This document shows positions 28,211 to 59,111 of a DNA stretch of 64,000 bases, one piece after another. The DNA comes from Tubiluchus corallicola (taxonomy: Eukaryota > Animalia > Priapulida): positions 186,001 to 250,000 of the forward strand of contig JAQGDQ010000332.1 of NCBI GenBank assembly GCA_030141605.1, in the 5' to 3' direction. The notes under the pieces were generated by a model. That model saw only the letters and a program-made list of their open reading frames with translations. It had not been told where the DNA came from and did no database searches. A program made the position numbers and the translations under genes. Within the stretch, counting starts at the first letter, position 1. Each line of letters opens with the position of its first letter.

Positions 28211-31200
28211 TTTTGCGCCTTACAACACTAAACAGAATCAGATGATCATCACTTGTTCGAAATTAATTATTCATGTATTAATTTATTTAACATTACTCCT
28301 TAAAAATGGTAGAATGTAAAAATTTTCACAGTGTGTTTCAGAAACCATCGTGGCCATGAATTCGCATGATCCGCAACACAACAACAATTACGGACTGCTC
28401 CATTTTCTACTGTCAACAATGTTGCAAGGAAAAAGTGACTGTAGTGACAATGATGTTATATCACACGCTTTCTGAACACAAACACATGCTAAGCAAAGCA
28501 GAAGTCGCTGAAAGCTCTCAACACAAATAACAGTTCTGTTAACGGAAAATGTGCAAACATTTATAACAGTAAAAGCTATTAGCTAGAATAGACTGTCAAT
28601 TTTGAGATATATCGCACTATATGTAGTTGTATTGTTCTACCAAATTGCGATTGCTTAATAGCGTTTGTATCCTGTAGCTAAACGAAAACGTCCTTAAGAA
28701 CCGAAACATCATGGCAAGCCACAATACATTATTCTATGTATTAAAAAGTTCATGGTACGTCTATTGAAATACATTTGGATTTTATTAACTAACGCTTACC
28801 ATCTCTCTGTCATATATGTTTCAAATAGCTAAAGGCTGACGATTGGCTACACTATAAGGAAAGTGCACTCATTATTGAAATTGGTGGCTGAGTAGCACTG
28901 GTGGTGAATAGCATATTTAATTGATAATGGAATCCGGTGACATGAGATGTGGAATTCGATTGATAACTTTATGATTTTCACATTAACCGTGCTGCCAGAT
29001 TAATTACTAGATGAGTGAGTATAGCTAGAACTGTATCTGGGTAGTATCATACGCCCCAGCATTGCTTACACAACCAGACTTGGCTAAGGCGCCTATGCCG
29101 TTTCATTGTTTCGTCGTCGAAAGCGTTACCTTTGATGAGCAAGGATTCACCGCTGACAACTATCTACGCAGAACCAAACTGAATGAAAATAAAATCAACA
29201 AACTGATTTTTATTTGCTTGGTTGTCTGACATAGCTGTGTAGCTTATCAACTAGTACGTTAGTGATATTGGTGTCATTATTATCCCCATTACTGTCTCAA
29301 AGATCATCTTTTATTAATGATGATCATCATTATTTATTAATCATCGTTGTGTTTATTTAAAAGCTACGCCAGAAAAAATGTTCTTATCGTTGCTTTTATT
29401 TTCTTTATCATTCGAATCATTATTGTGAAAATCGTGTACTAGCAATATTATGTTTGTGTTTTAATGTCACAATATTTTTATCACTTTCATCACTACATTT
29501 GCCATTTGAGTGTTTATTGACTGTCCGACGTTTTAACTGTCAATGTCATCATTAAAACAAAACCCATTTTTTGAAATGATTGTAGGTGTACATTTTTTCA
29601 TCATGTGCTAAACTAACATCGCCATTCTCGTCATCGTCACTGCAGTCTCTTTCTTCATTGTCTGTTTTCTCATCTAAAATTTGTGACCTTCATGTTTGTT
29701 GTGAATTACTATATACGTATATACTATATTCTATATACCTATATATATATAGGCCTATAAACATATACGTTTACTTATGTCATCTATTTTCAAAACTACA
29801 AAGTTCTTTTCATTATTTTATTTTCCACATTTTATATGGCATTCATTAGTAAATTTTTCCTTTCACCATATTTTTGGCAGAACAGAACTGCAAACAGAAA
29901 ACAGTTCATTTATGTAGCTTGCTTTTATTCATTACAATAAATTGCACTTACACGAATGTGTGCGAATGTGAGCGCGTGCATGTGCTCAATTGCATGTGTC
30001 GTTTTGTGCGTACGTGTGACATGCGTGCGTGAATTTGTCTTGCGCTATAAATAAATAAATAAAATAAATGCTGGGTTTTATTAAATAGTCACGCCTTCAC
30101 AGTAACACTGAATATAAGGTGTGAATACAATAAAAATAGAAAAACAGTCAAAAGACACATAAGAAAATTGCTCACAAAATAAAAATTTGGAGAAGTGACA
30201 TCACAAAGTCAGTAAAACAATTTAAAACCAATTTTGACAATAAATCTTTTACTGAAATTTTCCTTAATTCGCTGTCCTTAATTTTTTACTTAGGTGCGCA
30301 ATTACTGTGGACTCAAACTGTTGAAGCTTCACAATTTATCGACGTTTATGTTTGCTCAGTCTCGAAGTCGTGGTCACGCGCGAAGTCGATGTGTTATGTG
30401 CTGAAACCTTAACTACAATTTCCCATTGCTTTATCTTGAAAAACTCGCGATACATTTGGTGTAAACTCGCGATATACAAATAGGTGGTATGCTTTAATTT
30501 TGTTCTGCTAAGTCTCGAGATGCAGTTTTTGTAGTTTCTTATCACCAAATAAATTAGGATGAAGTTACCTCTTTGAATGTAATGTTATTAAACCGTAGGT
30601 ATTTGTGTGAAGAGCTTCAAAGGCTTGAACACGTGACTGCCTTGACCACTCACATTTTGATGTTATGTGCTTAATGCCTTTTGGTACCCTGGTGTAACTG
30701 CGCACTGCGCAATACAAAATTACAGCATTTCGTGTATAAGTGAAACAAGAGTGACTAAAAATTGTCTTAAATCAAAGCCATGTACGCAACTGAATATCAA
30801 TAAAAATTTTGCAAATAATATCATTCTGTTTGTGTCCAGTGTTAAATTGTGCAGCATTACTTTCTGCAGAAAGAAAGCAACGAAAGAAAAAGAGAACTGG
30901 AATATTGCTAGTGCATTTTACTCAGCTTTGATGGATATCGGCATTTGGCAAAAATGCACGTTCCCTGTATGCACTCGTCCTGAAGAAAAATAGGTAAAGC
31001 TTAAATCTAAGTTTAATGAGGTTTCTTAAGAGATCCCTTGGGTTGATCAGCGGACAAGTTGTTTTTTTATTTAATAAGAGAAAGTTCATTTGGAGTTAGA
31101 AGATTAATTTGATGAGGATGAGAGAAGACCCAGACATGGAGCGACAAGTCAATATGAGTAAATTGAATGAAGAGTAAACATAATTTTACGAGCGTGAAGA

Positions 31201-31395
31201 TATTGTAGAAGATGCGTTGATCAAAGCAAATGTCAATGTAAGCTCTAAGTGGCTCTAAGAACTACGGCGCTCGCAATTAGAAAAAATAAAAAAGTCGACA
31301 CAATAATATTTGTGCTTACACACAATTTAATACAGATTCTTTTGTTTAAGTGTGCTTACTGTGCCTACGTTTGTTTACAGTATGCCAGTGAAATC

Positions 31396-36859
<5,464 letters not shown>

Positions 36860-37785
36860 TATAACTTGAGCGAAAATGGGACTAGCCTGTCCTAAAGACC
36901 GTAATGCAATACAGAGGTACTCTCTCATGCTACTTATTATACACGAGTAACAAGGTCTAGACATCACCGACCAGTGTTTACTCTTTACCTGTTTGGCGGC
37001 TAAGCACGTAATTGCACTTGAGGAACCTTTAAATATACACAAATGAAAATTAGACTAGTTTTGCCGTGCCAAACGCGATCCTATAAAGATTTACCCTGCG
37101 ACCACTGTTCCGCAAGTTATAGAATATAAATTTTCAATAAGGCATTTCAAATTGTATTGTTTCTTGTACGTTGGTGATATTGAATTACTTACAAGAATAT
37201 ATTTTCAATAACGCCCTCCAAATTATATTGTTATTGTACGTTGATGACATTAAATTGCTTCCAGCAATAGAAATGTCCATTCAGTAATATCTCAGGCAAG
37301 CAACATTAATAATAATTATTGATGTAACTTTGTAGTAGTAATAGTTGTTGTCGTTATCACTACTGTTATCAGTGAATTAGGTACCTGCAAAAAATGCCAC
37401 AGTAAACACTAACCCACAGTTTATTACAAAATAACCTCAATATGTACTAGACACCAGACACTAGCCTGCAGCGACGGACACTAACACACTAAAATATGCG
37501 TTACCTGTTTTACGTTCAGGTCATGGTCCGTTTTAATGGCCTTTTTCAATGCTGTCTCTTTGGCCACTATCTTTGCTTACCCTGGGATTCCAACACAATC
37601 TCACCTCTGATAAGTGGAGTAATAGTAGACTAACATGCAATCTGACTGATGGAAAGTCTTTAATGAAAATTTTTCTTTTTTCCGCAGACTAAAATCACAA
37701 GTTTTACCCGCAGTAACAAAAATGTCCCATACTGGCTATGTGCTCCATAGTGTAATCATTATAATAACCAATGCGAACTCAGCAA

Positions 37786-37927
37786 CAAGGCTGGTACGGT
37801 ATGGTATGGTACGAAAAAAATGCTTAAAAGTACAGTACGAAATTACGGTACGGCATTTTTTCAACAGTATCGTACGGTACGAAATTACGGTATTTTTTCG
37901 TACCTTTTCCGTACCATTTATCCCTAG
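37786..37927. mobile_element. Short MITE-like element or transposon end with GGTACG/CGTACC repeats (hAT-like subterminal style)
   Basis: Dense GTACGGTA repeats switch to the inverse CGTACC near the right end, which closes with ATCCCTAG. Confidence 0.4.
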
Positions 37928-39148
37928 TTTCTTGTAACGTTTCTATTGGTCAGAAATTCGGTGTGACGACTTATTTTGCTCATGTGTCGCACTTACTGTT
38001 CTCCCCTAATTAACACAGAGCACAAGCAAACAAAATTGTTAAATTGGTTCCTTTTGATTGCAAACTGCAAAACCACGAGTTGTTTGGAAGCTGGAGTAGT
38101 CATTTCCTGTAAATTACGTTTATACAGATTGCTTCCCATGCTTGAGACCAATTCATGTAACGCCGTTGTTTTAACTTCTATTTCTAGCTATTGTGTAGTA
38201 ATTTACTGCGCATCTCAAGCTATGCAGTCCAAGCAAGAATATTTCAAAATGCTTGTCGTTAATGAGGAATGCTTAGAATGCTTATATACACTGCTTTTGT
38301 ATATAATAGCATAGCCTGTATTGTGTAACTTTTGTAATCTAAAATACATAGAATGGAAGTTCAAACAGCAGTTCTGTTTTTCAAAACCCATGATTTCTGA
38401 GCGACAACACAGTTTCACTAGCAAAGCCTTTATTTCTTTGAAGCAAAAGTAGGCTTTTGCATAGAAAATTGGGTATATCTAATTATTGGACATTTGGTTC
38501 CCCATATGCGACAGTAGCTGAAAATCGCCATAAACAGATTTGACTACGTACTACATGCAATGACGTTGCCTGCAGTAGCTGATGTCCAACATGCAGTTAT
38601 ATTATACTTAAATAAGCGTGGAGTCCTTAAAAAAATCTGCTTACCTCTTCTGCCTAGTTGTTTTCCCAAATTGTTATTGCTTTAGACTTGTGGTGTAAGT
38701 CACCTTTATGGGTGGCTCACTATTGGCCATTCATAGTCTTGGCCAATATATATGTATATTATTGTCTTGGCTTATTCATATATATATATATATATATATA
38801 GCTATTTACATATATTTAGCGACAATTTGCAAAGCCAGCTACGATTAATTTTCCAAATCACAAACAAGTCAAGACGATCAAGACGATAACTTGAAGAGTA
38901 GTTTTAGCTTCTTCGGGTAATAATCTCAACAAACTACGAGTCAGTATATTCAAAAATACGAGACTTTAATGTACATCGAACATTTAAAACGTATTCCTGT
39001 TATTTTATGATTCACAATGCAGGTTTTTGAAGACAACAGACTTTCTCTTGAAATCAAGTCTAAAAATCATCTCTTGAATCTGTATTTTTATACATTGCTA
39101 AGCTTATAGAGTGTAAACGATAAAAGTTAAACAAAATTTATAAACATT

Positions 39149-39280
39149 AAGGAAATTGATGCTTTCCAAAGACGTCTCTACAGAAAACTATTGAATATCA
39201 AATTATGAATTGTATGATGTGGTGAAGCAAGAACCATGGATTAAATAAATGCACGTAAGAAACCTGCACTGGATTGAGAT
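39149..39280 (+). mobile_element. RTE-type non-LTR retrotransposon 3' remnant
   Basis: Reads KEIDAFQRRLYRKLLNIK, then YELYDVVKQEPWIK*MHVRNLHWI. This matches the post-RT pattern of RTE-like LINEs (..DAF.RR.LR.IL.I.W....N..LY......W...I..R.L.W.GH). Confidence 0.6.
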
Positions 39281-40572
39281 TACTTCAAGAAGCACTATGT
39301 AAAAGCTCTTAAACAGAAAAAGTTGACAAGAGTTTTAACTCTTGCAGTACGGCAAAAATATTTACAAAATGCAACATGCAGTCGTGAAACGAGACATGTT
39401 TTAGTACTTTGCACTGCGCGAAAACGACGACGAATTCAGTTTCAACTAAAAGAACAATTAACAAATAAAGAAAGATATTGTATTTAGTTGGTTTGGAAGC
39501 TAAAATAATAAAATTTATTAATTGAAACATAGTTAGGGTCTGCCCACGAGTTTATTTCCACAGTGACACTGTCACGTCAAGATATATTGCCAAATTCTAC
39601 AAAATTCATTTTACAAGCAAACTTACTGTTATTAACGCATTCACATTGTTACTGATTATAGACTAACTGCATAAGACTTATAAATATTAAACAACACTTA
39701 GGAATATAGATAACCTCAGGTAAACTCAAGTATATAGCTAAACTACACAAAAACCATTAAATATCAAAGAATGTTCAGTTGATTAATAAGATAGTTTCTG
39801 CCAAGTTCATAGTCCTGCTATTTTTATTTAACTGGATAACTATATATAAATAAAGATTAATATATTAGATCTCGTTCCGTTCGCAACTGCAAGGGTTTCG
39901 TCACACACCACCTCACTCACTGACAACTTTTACACTTTTCCAATAAAATGCGGCAAATGTAAATTGTAAATGACTCCCAAGCAGGTTTCAGATAAAAATT
40001 TATTATAATCTGAAATTTATTATAAAGTAGTATATTTATTTATACTACTTTCTAATCGATTTTAAAACTTTTTTACAAGCATATTTTGTTTTTTCGCCAA
40101 GACATATTTACTTATGGAGAAGACTATACAACCTGACACGTTTCTGCAAGAGAGCAATAATAACCGAATCACATAGCTTTTAATATTTCAATATTCAATA
40201 TAACCAAATACACAAAAGCAAGACTGCGGTAATTCGGCTAGAAGCCACTATGTTTCGAAAATTTGAAATACAAGGTGTTACACTACACACGCATGGTTTA
40301 ATTTGAGAAAATACAAAACAGTGAAATATTTTAACGGTGGCGTCGCCTCGCGGAAACAAAATGTACTGCAAAACAAAAACGCTTGATGCATTTTATTTCT
40401 TTTATTTGTGTATGAGACGTGTAATTTTTTGCATTTTGTTTAGTACAAAAGATTGCCTCAAATTTTAAATTCTTATAGAACCGCGTGTAATCTAGAATAA
40501 GCGTGCATAATATGGTTTCACATGTGCTCCAGCCGCCAGGTTACAATAATGGTAATAGGTAATTTTCCATCT

Positions 40573-41352
40573 TCACGGATCAGCTTGGCCAAAAATATCT
40601 GCATACTTAGGAGGCAGGTCTTTGTTATCCCCATCGACCTTTGTGTTTGGTGTCAATGTGTCATTTGTAAAATTTGACCAATATTCATTTGCTGCAGGCT
40701 GGAATTCTTCATTTGTCCATCCATACTGAAGTTCACTGGGGGTAGCGAAAGCAGGTGGTGGGTAAGCTACCACTTGCAAAGAGGTCTGCTGCCTGTGTCC
40801 ATACATTGTCCCAGACGAGATGGAATCCGCAGTGATGAAGATGGTTGGACTGACAAGTCTTTTCACTGCATTGGTACTAGATGTACTAATGAAACTTCCA
40901 AAAATTGACAAAAGTGACCCGAGGGTAGTAAACGATAACGAAGCGAGTGATACAGCTCTAGCTGCGACTGAATACCATTCGATGTTTCCTGCGAGAATGG
41001 ACAAAAAGATGATCTGATAAAGTCCGAACGTCAGTATGGCAACAGCGAAGACCCCAGAGATAGTTGACCAACATGCAATTTGACTTGGTGGCATTGATGG
41101 GAACCTTTCAACGCAAATTATGCATTTTTTGCCGGCGGCCAAAATACAAATTCCGCCCACAATAACAAAAGTATCCCATATTGCCCATGTACTCATTAGT
41201 ATGATCAACATAATAACCAGTGCCAGTTCAGCAAATGCTATCATACAGCCACCCAACAAAAGCAAAAATCCACCTTTTTTCAAGTCATTTAATTTTCGCG
41301 TAAGTTCATTACTTGGTTGAGTAACTGTGGTCACTTCACTGTTCTGGTACAT
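40573..41352 (-). CDS. Four-transmembrane MS4A/CD20-like protein (259 aa) with a Pro/Tyr-rich cytosolic tail (PPKY)
   Basis: Uninterrupted ATG-started ORF with four hydrophobic helices. TM2 (AIWDTFVIVGGICILAAG) resembles the MS4A W..F..G.. pattern. The tail has YPPPAF and LPPKYAD. A 5'UTR intron is likely (acceptor TTTTTTCAG ending at 41376, donor CAG|GTAAAA at 41971). Family assignment is by pattern only. Confidence 0.75.
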   Translation of the reverse strand: MYQNSEVTTVTQPSNELTRKLNDLKKGGFLLLLGGCMIAFAELALVIMLIILMSTWAIWDTFVIVGGICILAAGKKCIICVERFPSMPPSQIACWSTISGVFAVAILTFGLYQIIFLSILAGNIEWYSVAARAVSLASLSFTTLGSLLSIFGSFISTSSTNAVKRLVSPTIFITADSISSGTMYGHRQQTSLQVVAYPPPAFATPSELQYGWTNEEFQPAANEYWSNFTNDTLTPNTKVDGDNKDLPPKYADIFGQADP

Positions 41353-41996
41353 GTTCAGCCTTCAAACAATGATTCCTGAAAAAATAGGCAAAGATATTTT
41401 TCAGGCGAGACTAAATGTTTTATCGTTGAAATACAATACAGTCATTACATAATATTGGCATCATTATCGTGTGTTCTGAATCGTTTCGGTGATTGTAACG
41501 CTGGTTAATCATGCTTATACATGTATGTCAAAATAAGTTAAATAACTACCAGGTTAGACAATACTTGCTGGCTTTTACTCATTCCCCCAAAAAGTCACTA
41601 ACGAAAGTTTAACACCACTAATTCCCCACACCGTCAGTGACATCTTTAGTTGTTCTTGAATGGCCTAGGCGTACTCAGTCAGTAGGTATGATCGGGTCAT
41701 GTTTGTACATTAAGATTCCTCATGACATCACATCCGATGTCACTATCCAATGTCACGTCATCATCTCTTTGCTATGACGTCATCAACACCATATTTCTGA
41801 ATCCCAATTTACTGAGAAAAGCAGTTTTCTTACAGTAACTAAGATTATTTATTCATATATAAATCACATTTTAGTCGCTATTTATTAACGAGATTTTTCA
41901 GTCAACAAAGTGTCAACAACAAACAGGATAATTACCGTAAAGATACCGCACGTACATGGGTTAAATTTTACCTGATTTTGATGAAGTTGTCAGATG

Positions 41997-42012
41997 TTAC
42001 GTCACCGGAAGT
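41997..42012. promoter_or_regulatory. Adjacent CRE-like (TTACGTCA) and ETS (CCGGAAGT) motifs near the probable first exon of the MS4A-like gene
   Basis: TTACGTCACCGGAAGT lies ~25-40 bp from the putative first 5'UTR donor (41971). Motif match only. Confidence 0.3.
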
Positions 42013-42828
42013 TAAAATACGCAATCAGGATCAACCATGCCAACATGCCTACTGCCATCAAAAACAATTAGGAATTGGTAGCAGTCTCTACCGACAGTCT
42101 GAGGAATTAACGGCCTTATCATTTTCTTAATAACTGTACGATACCATGACATATTAAAAATATGTCATTTTGTTAAGTTGTGGTAGATCAATTTTGTTCA
42201 AGTAACAGCATGCCAAACTGAATTAAAACAGTTTCTAGGAGTAGCACTACAAGTGTTGTAATGGTTTTGCATTTAATTCTCGAATGTTTTCTTTGTAACG
42301 TTGTGAATCTGGATTCCGTTCAATTCAAAATTTTGTTTGTTTCTCTTAATAAGATGACAGAAGGTATGAAATTATAGTTTGCTAAATTATATTAACGATC
42401 TAGAGACGGGGTGTCGAAAGAGCAGTGGTCATCGAGAAGCTACCTCTGAATGTTTAATTTTGTGTAGTAATAGCTGTTCTTACATTAATGTAGGCATTAT
42501 CTATGATAAGAAAATAGGTACTCTCAGTATTGCACAATTAACTTGTTTACGTTCTCTGATGCTGCTCAGTCACAAGTTAGTAATTAGCAAATAATCGAGC
42601 CTAAACAAAAGATATTTACTAGTTGCTGGCAAAAGGGTCACATTAGCAGCTCTATGGGCATGCTTTGGGTGTTATATATACGCAATGTTCTCAGATCTGC
42701 GCCATAGTTCAGCTACACTTTGAACTGACTTATTATTAAGATTGGTGTCTTGGGCTTGATATGGTAGTATATATAAGAAGAACTGATACGATCCGGATGG
42801 GTGATGATATGGTGATAAAGCAACAGAA

Positions 42829-43172
42829 GTAACCATCTGGGTTGTTAGTGAAACTCTTGGAACGCAGCCATCTTGTGATGTTGTTGATAGAACATTATGC
42901 CTAGTACGGGTTTCCGTGGCCCATACACTACCACTCTCATATATATATATATATAAACAGCATAAATTAAAATCAACTACCAAATTAATACTTACGTTTA
43001 CGTAACCATCTGGGTTATTAGTGAAACTCCTGGAACGCAGCCATCTTGTGATGTTGTTGATAGAACATTATGCCTAGTAATGGTTTCCGTAGCCCATACA
43101 CTACAACACTCACACATATATATATAAACAGCATAAATTGAAATCAACTACCAAATTAATACTTACGTTTAC
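42829..43172. repeat. Tandem duplication, two ~172-bp copies (42829-43001, 43002-43172)
   Basis: Both copies start GTAACCATCTGGGTT and end ACTTACGTTTAC, with few substitutions and a variable (TA)n. Confidence 0.95.
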
Positions 43173-46100
43173 GTAAGGCAAAATCGCAGATTTATGCTAA
43201 ACGGATTTATATATGAAAACCGACTCTTGTTATCGTCCTATTTTAGTTGCTCATTTTATCAAGTAACACTAAAGCGATTCATCGATTTATGGCAAAAACC
43301 TTTGGACCAGTGATATTTATATAGCTTTTGACATATTATTACAGCGATAGTAAGTAAACATTATCTAACTACGTGTACATTACGTAGTTCAGTCATTCAG
43401 TCACGGCTTTTATTATAGGACAACAACGTAGATTTTTCATTAAAATGTACAATAATCCTGAGAAACACAGCATCCTTACAGATACGATAGAAAAGTGTCG
43501 TACCACGGCAGATCATTTGTACAACGGCAGAAACTCCCACGGCAGATCATTTGTACATTGTCAGGATGAAGGCAACGGATCCTGTAAATATCAGACATAA
43601 GAGACAAGAAACAAAGATGTTTGAATTCAATGCTAGCAGAATATCTATCTTTAAAGTCGTTAATCCTTTGATCTGTCACCCACTGTGTATGTCCTATAAC
43701 CGCTCATCTTAGACAGCTACCAAAATATTCTGATATAGACACGTCATCACTGACATCAATATTTGCACATAATTATACTTTGAAACAAGTGGAATATGTT
43801 CATAAATGTTTGTTATTATTTCCCCGAAGGCCTTTGTACAGTTAGACATAAGAAAACATCGGTTTTTGTTATCTTCTAAATTTCAATAACGTGAAATTAT
43901 AATACTGATAATACTTAGCACATTTTTTTCATCATAATAATTAAAGTAAAAGCGATGCTGAAAATGTTTCATTATGTTACATATTAAATGAAGTACTATA
44001 ATAGTATATCATCAGAACCTTATTTAGACTTTGGAGAAGATCATTGATCTTTTTAGTCCTTTCACGTCTTTTACGACTTTCTCCACTTGTACCTCTGTTT
44101 ACACTACATGTGGATTGGTGTACTGTTTACTTTTTGTCATTAAAAACGCGAAGTCAGTACTCCTGTATCCGACGAACGTCTTCTGATATCACATACGGGA
44201 AGTAGTAATGAAATCCACTACCCGTTGTGATTTTTATGGCTGAACGTCTGTTTACGTTGCATCAAAAAGTCCACGATGGGTAGAGTATTTACTGCCTAGT
44301 GTAAATGGGGTAGCAAAGTTACATTTTCACGTTGGTTTGCAAAACTCCAGCGCTTCGGAATACCGTCCTATTTCGTTACTAAGAAAAAAATCTGCAAAGA
44401 CAAATAAGTAGCAATCAAGCACTAATGAAATGTTCAGTATTTTTACTTCATGGTTGTTCTGCAAACGTGTTCTAATTTTGATCATTTATGATTCATTTAA
44501 TTTTTATTATTTCAGAGCCCTAATATGGATTAACTTTATATATGGGTAATATCATGCTGATGTTTCTTCAACGATAGTAATTTCGCATGATGTAACTTAA
44601 GGTATACACATTACACCTATAAAAACAACTATCTTAACAAAACAGCATTGTGGTGCAGCTTCTGACCTAACCCGAAAATAGTGTTAACCTTCGCAATGGC
44701 GCCATCTAGACATTAAAGCAAAAGCCAAATCTCTTGGGAAGTTGAGCTTATTTTAATATTTGGGGAAAGTGTTAAAAAGTTTCAACAATAAAATTGTGAC
44801 AAGCATTTCGTGTAATTAGCAAAATCAATTTAAAATCATAATCACTTCACGCTTGGGCGCGCTCATTTTAGACGAAAACTGGCGTCACCCGGTTTCCGTG
44901 CAATGTAATCACTTATCTCCCAAGTGCTTCAGAATCTTTTTTTAACTTTCAGATAACTAACTGTATAAACTAAGTAACCAATCCGGCACCAACTACGTGC
45001 TGACAATTTTACATGCGTACCTCTAACACTCAACAAAAATCTGTAATCCTTAAAGGTTAATCCTGTAAGGTTAAAGCAATGTAACCACTTTAAATTTGAT
45101 CATAATTGATCGAATGACTAATGATAAACACATTTAAACACAACATTAGAATAACGGAACTTCTAAGCAAACTGTAGAAATTTTGCAACGAGTACCTTCA
45201 CAGAACTTACCTTCACGGCATTCACGCTGACCAGCATACACTAGCTTACGTCATTTTTTTTTTAAATATGCCGGCATCAACGTTCGTTTGGTGGGAGATA
45301 AGAAATATATTTAAATTTCTTTAACATTTTTAAGCAAAGCATATTATGCGCATATTTTGTATTGTGATTTCAATATTTTTAATTGTACATTAAAATACAA
45401 TAAATGTTGTGCGAGGGTTGGTTCTTCCTTTAAAGCTAAAATTTCATTGGTAAAAAGTCATGGAAGCTGAAAGACTAAAGGGCTAACTTCCCTACTTTAT
45501 TATCTGCGCAAAGAGCACAGTAATATCACCCCATGAGTACTGATTGCGCAGAGGAGGAGTACTGAAGCCTTAATATCAATCGTAATTCTCTAAAGTGAGA
45601 TGCTAGGCTAGGCTGGCAAAATCTTTCCCACATTCGGGTGTATACACATTTTTAATACAGTTAGGCACACTGCAAGGTGGAATCCAGCTGTCAAGTAGAT
45701 GTTTGTGGTGAGACCTGGTTTATTATCAAGACTATACCTGTAAGATGAGCACTGAACCTGCAGAGGTGCCTTATTCACATCCAGATGGCGCTCATCCGCT
45801 TTCAACGAGGTAGGCATTTAGAACCAGTATAGCGAACGAAAGTTCTCAGAAAGACAATTGAACCTAGGCTTATCATGAGTCAGTCACTAACCAGATTCGA
45901 CGTGGCTTAACTTAGGTTGCGAAGCACACGCGCATAACTACGCAGCCGCCTCATAATCCTTCCACAAGAAGATAAATGACCGGTGATAGTTTGATAGTAA
46001 ATGAGAAAAGCGACATTTCTGACAGTCATTTACGGATTACGTCCATCAGGTATCGAAATAAACTTCATGAAATGGAAAATTTAAAAAAAAATATTAATTT

Positions 46101-46441
46101 TTTTCTAACTTCTACAGAAAAAAATAACATTGAAATAAGTGCATGTGTAAGTTTTTCTAATTTATGCGTATATATGCGTATATAAGTATGCATATATGCA
46201 TACTTTCATTTGGAAACTGCTGACCGACCAGGCAAAAATTTTGACATTTGCTGTGTAAATTAAGCCTCGTCATCGCTGAAACCAAATGCCACAATGAAAA
46301 TAAAAGAACGCTTTAAAAGCGAAAGCAAAATGTTATAGGGCTAGAGTGTATGCTTCACGTATTATACGCACTGATCGTTATCGAAAATTCTCACTTCGTA
46401 CTATATATTGTTAACTATAGTGAAAGTCGCTGTAACTAAAG

Positions 46442-58306
<11,865 letters not shown>

Positions 58307-58773
58307 ATACGCAAAATTTGTTACTTGAAGACGATACAATGCATAACGACATTTATTCGGAGCTTGAGACATAATACACACTTTGTCATAATTCGGTTAA
58401 TGTGCAAACTATAAATTTTAGTAAATGTAGTTCTCATTAGTGCGTTTAGTTAAAGGAAATAAAATCTATAAGTGATCGAAATAAATGTGAACTAAATGTT
58501 TGGTATCGTTTATAAAAACCCTATACTTATCTTCAATAACAAAAGGAGCTGTGTGAAGTAGAGCGAGCAGATCTTTTTTTAATTTACCTTGGATTGAAAA
58601 GACAACAAATAGAAACTAAAAGCCTAATATACTGCATGATGCATATTATACCCAGACTTAGATAATAAAACATGTGAAACAAGTAAACCTGCTGCAAATT
58701 TAAATGTTTTACATTTTGCTTAACATGAACTTCAAAAAATTGACTCGCAGTGTCGTTTTAAAAAATATAATAC

Positions 58774-59111
58774 ACTAGCTGGGTCCACCCGCATTGCAGG
58801 CGTTGTTTTGAACCCCATTTTGGCAGCCATATTAGATGTCGTTATTCGAATAGAGTGGGGACTTCGATATTCAAACTGAAAGCATCCTAATACCACTAAA
58901 ATACATACTGTCCAATTTATCCAAATAATAGTGCCACTACAAGTTCTACTATTGGTCGCCTTGTAGTGCCATTGATTGACACTAAATTTTCCGGGGTCTT
59001 GTCAATTTTTATTGTTCATCACACTTGGGCGTACAAATTGGCGTGTGGGCGTGCATAAGTAACACACAGCAGGCACACAGACAGATTTTCATTTTTACAT
59101 AATTATATAGA
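58774..59111 (-). mobile_element. Non-autonomous Helitron-like element (~340 bp)
   Basis: The minus strand begins TCTATATAATTATG and carries a (CTGT)-type repeat near the 5' end. It ends with hairpin CCTGCAATGCGGG ~10 nt before CTAG|T, the standard TC...hairpin-CTRR Helitron layout. The 5' target A is not preserved. Confidence 0.65.

Noticed and set aside
44290-44385. EYRPISLL resembling the LINE RT motif NYRPISLL
   Set aside because: Isolated short match with no supporting downstream motifs.
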